Positions 54,534 through 64,000 of a DNA stretch of 64,000 bases are shown here, one piece after another. Within the stretch, counting starts at the first letter, position 1. Each line of letters opens with the position of its first letter. Both the position numbers and the translations under genes were made by a program. Below the pieces are notes generated by a model. That model made no database searches and was not told the DNA's origin. It worked only from the letters and a program-made list of their open reading frames with translations. The DNA is from Mobula hypostoma (lineage: Eukaryota). Where the stretch lies: contig NC_086108.1 in NCBI RefSeq assembly GCF_963921235.1, positions 15,624,001 to 15,688,000 on the forward strand, written 5' to 3'.

Positions 54534-55437
54534 TTAAAGGGCGGTGTCTGTATCAGATGGGTAGTTGACATCCAAAAAGCTTCGAGCAGCAGTTGTGGAA
54601 TGGAAGACACGACGAGATCCATCAGGAAGAGAAATTCTTAGGCGTGCAGAGTACAATAATGCCGGTTTGAGATTTTTTTGATAACATTCCGACATCAGAG
54701 GTTTAAAAATCAGTCGCTCTTTCATCACTTCGGGACTGTAATCTTGAACTATTCTGAAGGAATGCTGACGATAATTGATCATCCCTTGCTGACGAGCAGC
54801 CTGGAGAAGCTGTTCTTTAACATTAACGTAATGGAAACGAAGAATAATTGGTCTCGGTTTTGATTCGGCGGATGCCGGCTTTGGCTGCGATATACGATGG
54901 GCACGGTCAAGCAATGGAGGCTCGTTTGGAAATACTGAGCTGAACATATCCTTTAAAAGTTGAGCAAAGAATATTGAAGGGTCTCCATCCTCAACATCCT
55001 CGGGTAGACCAATTATACATAAGTTCTGTCTTCTCGATCGTTTTTTCAAGATCGATGACTTTGGATTTAAAATGTTGCAGTTGTTTCATGGTCCAAGCTA
55101 GATTCTGCTCCAAGTTCTCGACTTTTGAATCCGTCTTCTGAGATTTGTTATCCAGTTCAGAAATTTTACTTCGATGTTTTTGAACTTCACAATCCAGGGA
55201 TTTCAGCATTTCCGTGATTGATTTTAAGTCTTCATTAAGACTTTAACTTTGTTCAAATTTATCAGATAATTTATCAGATAAACTTTCAGATAGATTTTGA
55301 CGTTGTTCCTTGAATTTTTCCTCTAAAACCTTCATCGTGGCATCATAGGGTAGCTGCGTTTGTTTAGAGTCACCTTTTCTTTTTCCTCTGTTCCCGTCGG
55401 AATCTTTCCTGTCTTTGGCTTTGGATCTTGTACTGAT
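54534..55437 (-). pseudogene. L1 ORF1 (coiled coil plus RRM/CTD), frameshifted
   Basis: RSRRQNLCIIGLPE, LDRAHR, KPRPIILRFH, IVQDYS, LLYSARLRI; the presumed start codon appears mutated to ATC (inference). Confidence 0.85.
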
Positions 55438-57678
55438 TTCTTTAGATTCCAGAGTTGCAGTTCAAGAAAAAATCAGTAAGATAAAATAAGTCTTCTGGTG
55501 TAGGTAAAAATTAACCAATTTTCAAGATCGTAAGGGAGATCATAGGTTAAAAAAAAGATAACGGGAATGGAGCAAAGCCAGAAGCGACCTCACTTCATGA
55601 GTGCTCCCTGCAGAATTCCACCTTCACTAATCCGACTACCTGTAATCCGATTCCTTCGATAATCCAGCACTGATTATGCTTATGTGATCCTTCTGTAATT
55701 CGGCGTTTTCACTAATCCAGCACTCCTCAGATCCCAATGGTGCCAGATTAATGAAGGTCAACCTGTACTAGTGTGATACCTGCTTGTAAGTAATGTTGAC
55801 TGGGCTCAGGACCCTGGAGTGTGACTTAGACCCATGTTCTTCTCACATCTGATCCAAGAGCTTTATTGCCTGGACATGGCTGACACCATGTATGAAATAC
55901 CAAGTACACAGTAAGGAAACTATAGATTATTAACTTCACAATCCAGTCCTGCTGCTCCCCTGATAGGAAATTTATTTTTTGGGATCTGAATTTAAACAAC
56001 ATAAATCTATTTGAGCAAATTGGAGGGTGATCTACATAACTGGTAATTCAGTTCTATAAATAGAGGAAGAAAGGAATTTGAAAGGCAGAGTGAGGCATAC
56101 TACAATTATTTATGGTAGTGAAGTTTAAATATAAACTTTGAAGCCTTGAAGCTTATCATTTCAGTAATTTACTTAAATAAGTTGCTGCTGTGCAAAAGGC
56201 TAACTCTATAATTAAAATATAATGTGTTTTAGAGTCAGATATTTCTCAAATTAAGAGAAAATAAAATGGTAAAAACATAAAGCATGGCTGTCCTTAGAAG
56301 CATATCCATTGCTCTTACCTGCCACACAGCCCTAGCCACACAGTACTGTCCCAGAATTATGGTTCTACACTTTTTTTTGCACTTACTTATCACAGGTAAA
56401 GTTCTGTCACATGGTTATAGCCAAAACATTACTACCACACTTGTGCCGTGGTTACTGTCAGTTGTCTGGGTAGACAGCTTCACAGTTGTTACATTCTGCT
56501 TTATTAGCCACGCTGATGATCATAGATCCACTGTCACTGCCCTCCCACACTCACACACCCACAAAAGCAGCTTGGTTGGCTGGCTTTAGGGTCAGAGGTC
56601 ATTTGCCTGGTGGGAGATCAGATACATAGTCAGACCATCACATTTCTAACCTAAACAAATATGTGAAGATCCTCTCAGCTGAATCCGAGAAACCTTCTGA
56701 CATCACATTTGAATATAGAAGTCACTTCAATAAATCTGGTTCTGGAGTCAGATATGATAGTGGTGTTTAAGAGGCTCTTAAATAGGTGCATGAATATGAG
56801 AGGATGTAGGGTTATAGACATTGTAGAGGCACAAGGGATTAGTTAGTTAGACATTTAGTTACGTTTAGTTGCAGGGCCTGTTCCTGTGCTGTACAATGTA
56901 CTGTATAATGTAACCATATATATTTATGTAATATACAGATTGAATGTCAGCTCCATCTTACCCACTGTTGCTCAGGTACACTTCCCTGTTATTGAGCTTC
57001 ATATGTATGGTGTTTATCAGGCTAGAAGTTACTTCCTTCCACCTGGGCTGTATCCCATCTTAATAATATTCAGTTACTGGTTATTTAAAAATAGCACAAA
57101 CACGGTTGTAACAAACCAGGTGAGGAGACTTGCAGATGCTGGAAACCTGAGATAAAACAGTGAATGCTGGAAACACTCAGCAGGTTGGGTAGTCCCGGCA
57201 GAGAAAGGAACAAAATTACCAATTCAGTCTTCTATCCAAGTAGAATGATAAGGAGTCCCTGATTTAATGTGTTGGACCCGCTGAATATTCGTAGCATTTG
57301 CAGAAGTTTTTTGAGTCTGAACAGCTTTTGAAGGAATATGACTTTTCCATTTCTTATTCACTGCTTCCCACTACAGCACTCTGGCAATTGTCTGATTCGA
57401 TTCAGATTTTTCTTTTCAAAAATATATCCTGTAATATTGTATGTGATACTGATACACCCAAACCATTGCTAGTGGTGCTGTACAGATGAACTGAATAATG
57501 GTCAAGAGTAGACTACGATTCCTTGCTATCCCCCTACCTTCACTGCAAAACATTTGTTCTTTTTGCTTCATTCATTGGGAAAATATAGGTGAATGAATTA
57601 GTGAGCTGTTCCCTGCTTCAGTTGCTTGTGGAACTGCATGTTGGAGTAAAGCCCCACACTGTTACTTATTGCTTCCAG

Positions 57679-57822
57679 GAGCAGCTGCCGGAACTCTACA
57701 ATCACTTCCTGGACCTGAACTTGGAGGCACACATGTATGCTTCACAGTGGTTCCTCACACTCTTCACTGCCAAGTTCCCTCTCTGTATGGTCTTCCACAT
57801 CATCGACCTGCTACTCTTTGAG
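57679..57822 (+). CDS. RABGAP1L: RABGAP1L coding exon (EQLPELYNHFLDLNLEAHMYASQWFLTLFTAKFPLCMVFHIIDLLLFE)
   Basis: 144-nt phase-0 exon; acceptor ttgcttccag, donor gtaagc; EQLP, DLNLE and FPLC match RABGAP1L as recalled. Confidence 0.93.
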
Positions 57823-58519
57823 GTAAGCATATTTATACACACCCTCCCTTTTATAAATATATCCACATGTTACGGTGAAAAGAATTATTCACACATATCT
57901 GTTCCTGGGGAAGACAAATGTGTTTATCCTATTGATCTTCAACCTACAGGGAAAAAAGTGTTCATTCAACCTATGAGTGCATCCGCACACTCCTTCCGAT
58001 GGTACAGAGGTAGAACAATTGAGTACACTTAATCACTCAAGTGCCAACCCTGATGACACTTTTTTTACGTTGTATGTCAATGATTTGGATGACTGAATTG
58101 ATGGCATTGTGGCCAAGTTTGCTGATGATACAGAGATAGATTGAGAAGCAGGTAATGTTGAGGAAGCAGGGAGGCTGCAGAAGGACTTAAACAGACTAGG
58201 ACAATGGACAAAGAAGTGGCAGATAGAATACAGTGTCTGGAAGTGTATGGTCATGCACTTAGGTAGAAGGAATAAAAGCATAGAGTATTTTCTAAATAGA
58301 GAAAATTCAAAAATCAAAGAGATTTCGGGGTCCTCATGCAGCATTTCCTAAAGGCTAACTTATTAGCATTCATTTCAAGAGGGGTAGTATATAAAAACAA
58401 GGATGTAATGCTGAGCCTTTATAAGGCACTGGTGAATGTTGGAGTATTGTGAGCAGTTTTGGGCCCCTTATCTAAGAAAGACATTTAAGAGGGTTCAAAG
58501 GAGGTTCAAAAAAATGATT

Positions 58520-60518
58520 GCAACACACACAAAATACTGGTAGAACACAGCAGGCCAGACAGCATCTATAGGTAGAAGTACAGTCGACGTTTTGGGCCGA
58601 GACCCTTCGTTAGGATTGACTGAAGGAAGAAATAGTAAGAGATTTGAAAGAGGGAGGGGGAGGGGGAGAACCGAAATGATAGGAGAAGACAGGAGGGGAA
58701 GGGATGGAGCCAAGAGCTGGGAAGTAGATTGGCTAAAGAGAAACAAAGCTGGAGACACGGGAGAAAGAAAGGGGGAGGGGAGCACCAGAGGAAGATGGAG
58801 AGCAGGCAAAGAGTGATTGTGAGAGGGAAAGAGAGAGAGAAAAAAGGGGAGGGGGAAATAATAAATGAATAAATAAATAAAATAGGGGATGGGGTAAGAA
58901 GGGGAGGAGGGGCATTAGCGGAAGTTAGAGAAATCAATGTTCATGCCATCAGGTTGGAGGCTACCCAGAAGGAATATAAGGTTGTTCCTCCAACCTGAGT
59001 GTGGCTTCATCTTCACAGTAGGGGAGGCCATGGATGGACATATCAGAATGGGAATGGAACGTGGAATTAAAATGTGTGGCCACTGCGAGATCCTGCTTTC
59101 TGTGGCGGACAGAGTAGAGGTGTTCAGCGAAACGGTCTCCCAGTCTGTGTCGGGTCTCACCAATACAGTCGGCCCTCCTTATCCGTGAGGGATTGGTTCC
59201 AGGACCCCTCGCAGATACCAAAAAACGCGGATGCTCAAGTCCCTTATTCAACCTGCAACAATGCAGAGGACCTTAGGACCCAGCAGAACCCTGGACCTTA
59301 TTTAACCTGTCGTAATGCTGTGGACATTAGGACCCAGCGGTGGAGCTCTGAATCCACAGCGTTTCTGTTCACGAAAATAATCACAATCACCATTGAAAAT
59401 AAAGTGGAAGTAGTGAAGCGATCAGAAAGAGGTGAAATGCCATCGGTCATTGGAAAAACGTTAGGCTACAGTCGGTCAACGATCAGAACAATTTTAAAGG
59501 ATAAAGTGAGAAAGGCCCTGCCCCGATTAAAGCTACAATTATTACTAAGCGACACAGTGGTTTAATTATTGGGTTTTGGGTTTTTGATCCTCCACCTCAA
59601 CCCGGCACGGGTGGAGAGCGCACTCGGGAGCGGTCTGTCACTGGATCGAACTCGGGAACGGAAGTTCCCAAGCCCGGAGCTGAAACATACATTTCTTAAG
59701 TGTTTTATATGCATAGAAAGGTAAAAAATATACTATATACTAAGACAAATGCTTGACTAACTGACACTAAATAATACTGAATGTACCTATTCCGACTTAC
59801 TTAGTAAGAGAACTTCCAGTTGTTTTTCATTCCTGCTCCAGGATAACCTACGCACATCCTCCCGTATACTTTAAATCATCTCTAGATTACTTATAATACT
59901 TAATACAATGTAAATACTATGTAAAATAGTTGTTACACTGCATTGTTTAGGGAATAATGACAAGAAAAAAAAGTCTGTACATGGCCAAACAACAAGTGCC
60001 GGAAGAGCACTTCTGGGTTTTCTTGAGTCGCGGTTGGTTGAATTCGTGCATCCGGATTTCTCTAACTTCCGTTAATGCCCTTCCTCCCCTTCTTACCCCA
60101 TCCCTTATTTATTTATTTTCCCTTTTCTTTTCTCTCTCTCTCTCTGTCCCTCTCACAATAACTCCTTGCCTGCTCTTCATCTTCCTCTGGTGCTCCCTTC
60201 CCCCTTTCTTTCTCCCTAGGCTCCCGTCCCATGATCCTCTCCCTTCTCCAGCCTTGTATCCCTTTTGCCAATCAACTTTCCAGCTCTTAGCTTCATCCCT
60301 CCCCCTCCTGTCTTCTCCTATCATTTCGGGTCTCCCTCTCCCCCTCCCACTTCCAAATCTCTTACTATTTCTATTTTCAGTTAGTCCTGAAGAAGGGTCT
60401 CGGCCCGAAACATCGACTGTACTTCTTCCTATAGATGCTGTCTGGTCTGCTGTGTTCTACCAGCATTTTGTGTGTGTTGCTTGAATTTCCAGCATCTGCA
60501 GATTTCCTCGTGTTTGCG
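58520..60518. mobile_element. Older Penelope-like inverted two-arm insertion with 14-bp TSD and a central Tigger-like segment
   Basis: Arm 58520-59165 (-), arm about 60055-60518 (+); TSD tcaaaaaaatgatt (58506-58519) / tcacaaaaatgatt (60519-60532). Confidence 0.88.
59166..60054 (+). mobile_element. Tigger/pogo (MER2-like) non-autonomous DNA transposon, right terminal repeat truncated
   Basis: TA|cagtcggccctccttatccgtgagggattggttccaggacccc left end; CENP-B-type HTH TITIENKVEVVKRSERGE..IGKTLGYSRSTIRTILKDK. Confidence 0.85.
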
Positions 60519-61405
60519 TCACAAAAATGATTCCAAGATTTGATAGCTCTGGGCCTGTACTCGCTGGAATTCAGAAGAACGAGGGAGTATTTAGTTGAAA
60601 ACTATCGGATGTTGAAAAACCTAGATAGAATGAATGTGGAGAAGATATTTCCTACAGTGGGAGGAGTCTCAAACCAGACGGCACAACCTCAGAGAGACTT
60701 TGAGAGACATACATTTAGAATGGAGATGAGAGATTTAGGCAGAGGATGATGAATCTGGAATTTGCCAAACACAACTGTGGAGGCCAGGTCATTGATTGTA
60801 TTTAAGGCAGAGGTTGATAGATTCTCAAAAACTTTAAAAACAGGTTGAAACTTTACAGGGAGCAGGCAGGAGAATGATGTTGAGAGGGAAATGGATCAGC
60901 CATGATGAAATGATGGGGCAGATTCGATGGGCTGAATGATGTAATTCAGGCCCCAATATCTTATGGTCTTATCAGAGGTAACCACTTCCAGGTTGTGTCA
61001 GGGAGGTCTTGAAGCTTGGGTATTACTTTGTCCTAGTCTGTTATCACTGATGCAAGACTCAAAGAGCTCAAAGAGCACTGTGAATTGTGGCCTTGTATAC
61101 CACTTTACATTCCTAAGGTTGCAGAATAGGCTGCAGTTTCACTGTATTCAAGTTGTCCTGATGTTGCTGGTCTTAGTTGTCAATGTCTTTTAACATATTT
61201 GTAAATCTGAAACACACATTCATACTTGTGTTAATGCACGCACACCGTACTTGCTCACACACACCTTCTCAAACACACATATCGTATAACCATGCACACT
61301 GGCTCACACACAGCTCCACGAACACACACCTGTTAACCATGTACACTTCCTCACACACACCTCCACAAATTACACATATTGCACAGACATGCATGCTTAT
61401 TTTCG

Positions 61406-61686
61406 GCATCTGTTAATCTCGTGAGATCATGGATTTGCGCCTTGGAAGGTTTCCAGGGAACAGGCCTTGGCAAGGTTGTATGGAAGACCAGCAATTGCCT
61501 ATGCTGCAAGTCTCTCCTCTCCACACCACCGATGTTGTCCAAGGGAAGGGCACTAGGGCCACACAGCAGAGCAATGTGTGGTTAAGTGCCTTGCTCATGG
61601 ACACAACACGCTGCCTCAGCTGAGGCTCGAACTAGTGACCTTCAGATCACTAGACCAACGCCTTAACCACTTGGCCACGTGCCAAC
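61406..61686 (-). mobile_element. tRNA-headed SINE
   Basis: On -: tggccaagtggttaagg (A box), agttcgagcc (B box), then gtgtccatgagcaaggcacttaacc central domain. Confidence 0.75.
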
Positions 61687-62644
61687 ACGCATGCTTATAC
61701 AAAACACATAATTAATGGCTTACTTGTATATCCCTAATGTGTAAGACTCCCCCCCTCCCAGCCCTGCCTACCTGGTTTCCAGTGGCTAGGAGATCCACTG
61801 CCCATTGATTTAGTAGATGACAGTGAACCCAAACTCCTTATTCTGTACTGATGCACCTTTACTTAGGGGTGAGAGACAACAACCTCAATGCTAGAACTGC
61901 ACATAAACTCCAAAGTCAACCAAACCAAAGCTTTATACAGCTGTAACAAGACTTTCTGATTCTTGTACTCAATGCCCCAACTGACGATGGCAAGAAAACC
62001 TTCTTTACCTTCTTCTTTACCACCCAATCTCATTGTGTTGCTACTTGGATCTGGGTATTCTTGTAAATGAATCACAACAAATTAGTAGGTGGGTTGAACA
62101 AATACTTAAAAAGGCAAACAGCATGTTGGTCTTTATTAAGAAGAGGCTGGAGTTTGTGAACAGGGAGGTTTTGTTACAATTACACAGGGTGTTACCTGGA
62201 ATATTTTGCACTGTTTGAGCCCCATGTTCTAAAATATGATATAGAACATAGAATACTACACCACAGTACAAGTCCTTCAGCCCACAATTCTGTGCTGACC
62301 TTTTAACCTACTCTAAGGTCAATCTCCAGTTCTCTATCATCCATGTGCCAACTAAGAGTTTCTTAAATAACTCTAATGTATCTACCTCTACCAGCACCCC
62401 TGGTGGAGGGCGTTCCACACACCACCATTCCCCATATAAAGAACTTACCTCTGTACTTACTTCCAATCACCTTAAAATTATGTCCCCTTGTAATAGCCAT
62501 TTCTGCCCTAGAAAAAAGTCAGTCTATCCACTCAGTCTGTGCTTGTTATCATCTTGTACACCCCTATCAAGTTTTCCCTGGTCCTTCTTTGCTCCAAAGA
62601 GAAAATCTTAGCCCATTCAACCTATATTCATAAGAAATAAAACA

Positions 62645-64000
62645 AATGAGCAGAAGTTGGCCATTTGGCCCATGGATTCTGCTCCACCATTTTATCATGA
62701 GCTGATCCATTCTTCCATTTTGTCCCACTGCCCGGCCTTCTCACCATAACCTTTGATACCCTGGCTACTCAGATACCTATCAATCTTTGCCTTAAATACA
62801 CCCAATGACTTGGCCTCCACTGCCGCCTGTGGCAACAAATTCCATAGATTCACCACCCTCTGGCTAAAAAAATGTCTTCGCATTTCTGTTCTGAATGGGC
62901 GCCCTTCAATCCTTAAGTCAAGCCGTTTCGTACTAGACTCCCCCATCATGGGAAACAACTTTGCCACATCCACTCCGTCCATGCCTTTCAACATATAAAA
63001 TGTTTCTATGAGGTCCACCCTCATTCTTCTAAACTCCAAGGAATACAGTCCAAGAGCGGACAAACGTTCCTCATATGTTAACCCTCTCATTCCCGGAATC
63101 ATTCTAGTGAATCTTCTCTGTACCCTCTCCAACATCAGCACATCCCTTCTTAAATAAGGAGACCAAAACTGCCCACAGTACTCCAAGTAAGGTCTCACCA
63201 GCACCTAATAGAGCCTCAACATCACATCCCTGCTCCTATACTCTATTCCTCTAGAAATGAATGCCAACACTGTATTCACCGCTTTCACCACCGCCTCAAC
63301 TTGGAGGTTAACCTTAAGGGTATCCTGCACGAGGACTCCCAAGTCCCGTTGCATCTCAGAACTTTGAATTCTCTCCCCATTTAAATAATAGTCTGCTCAT
63401 TTGTTTCTTCTGCCAAAGTGCATAACCATACACTTTCAAACATTGTATTTCATTTGCCACTTCCTTGCCCATTCTTCCAATCTATCCAAGTCTCTCTGCA
63501 GACTCTCTGTTTCCTCAGCACTAAAGGCCCCTCCACCTATCTTTGTATCATCAGCAAACTTAGCCACAAAGCCATCTTTTCCATAATCCAATTCGTTGAT
63601 GTACAACGTAAAAAGAAGCGGCCCCAACACGGACCCCTGTGGAGCACCACTGGTAACTGGCAGCCAACCAGAATAGGATCCCTTTATTTCCAGTCTCTGT
63701 CCTGCCAATCAGCCAACACCCTATCCACGTATGTAACTTTCCCGTAATTCCATGGGCTCTTATCTTGTTAGTAGCCTCATGTGTGGCACCTTGTCAAAGG
63801 CCTTCTGAAAATCCAAATATACAACATCCACTGCATCTTCCTTGTCTAGCCTACTGGTAATTTCCTCAAAAAATTGTAATAGATTTGTCAAGGCAGGATT
63901 TTCCTTTTAGGAAACCATGCTGAGTTCTGCCTATCTTGTCATATGCCTGCAGGTACTCTGTAACCTCATCCTTGACAATCGACTCCAATAACTTCCCAAC
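62645..64000 (-). mobile_element. CR1 LINE 3' part, running off the window end
   Basis: [44 protein letters not shown]. Confidence 0.92.

Larger units (their letters stand above)
49861..55619 (-). mobile_element. Near full-length L1-clade LINE (about 5.76 kb) with 14-bp TSD
   Basis: TSD accttcactaatcc at 49847-49860 and 55620-55633; 5'UTR, ORF1, long spacer, ORF2, A-rich 3' end with aataaa. Confidence 0.93.
49840..55765. mobile_element. 153-bp Tc1/mariner/pogo-type MITE split by L1 (49840-49860 plus 55634-55765)
   Basis: TA|caagtcgaccttcactaatcc ... agattaatgaaggtcaacctg|TA terminal inverted repeats with TA duplications. Confidence 0.8.
58045..60970 (+). mobile_element. CR1 LINE 3' part split by a Penelope-like insertion
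   Basis: KFADDT and KKWQIEY before 58505; LGLYSLEFRR after 60533. Confidence 0.85.

Noticed and set aside
57589..58032. 147-aa ORF as a complete gene
   Set aside because: Only 57679-57822 is exon; the flanks are intronic read-through. The same holds for 28334-28597.
61620..61686. tRNA gene
   Set aside because: The A and B boxes run straight into a SINE body, with no convincing acceptor stem.
1..64000. CRISPR arrays or prokaryotic operons
   Set aside because: The window is eukaryotic intronic DNA with no repeat-spacer array.

Overview
This is vertebrate intronic DNA, probably from a cartilaginous fish (inferred from the repeat landscape, not proven). Three phase-0 coding exons of the TBC/Rab-GAP domain of RABGAP1L lie on the + strand (28367-28441, 43502-43627, 57679-57822), separated by introns of about 14-15 kb. 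Most of the rest is transposon-derived: many decayed CR1 and Rex1/Babar-like LINE fragments, a near full-length L1 inserted into a 153-bp MITE, an internally deleted hAT, Tc1 and Tigger/MER2-like fragments, and tRNA-derived SINEs. The most notable component is a young family of Penelope-like (GIY-YIG) retroelements carrying minimal hammerhead ribozymes. Three insertions are inverted two-arm structures with 14-15 bp target-site duplications (TSDs). One lies 63 bp behind a RABGAP1L exon and has captured a 452-bp inverted copy of host DNA from the other side of that exon, so the exon is now enclosed by a long inverted repeat. All alignments were made by eye; no database searches were run.
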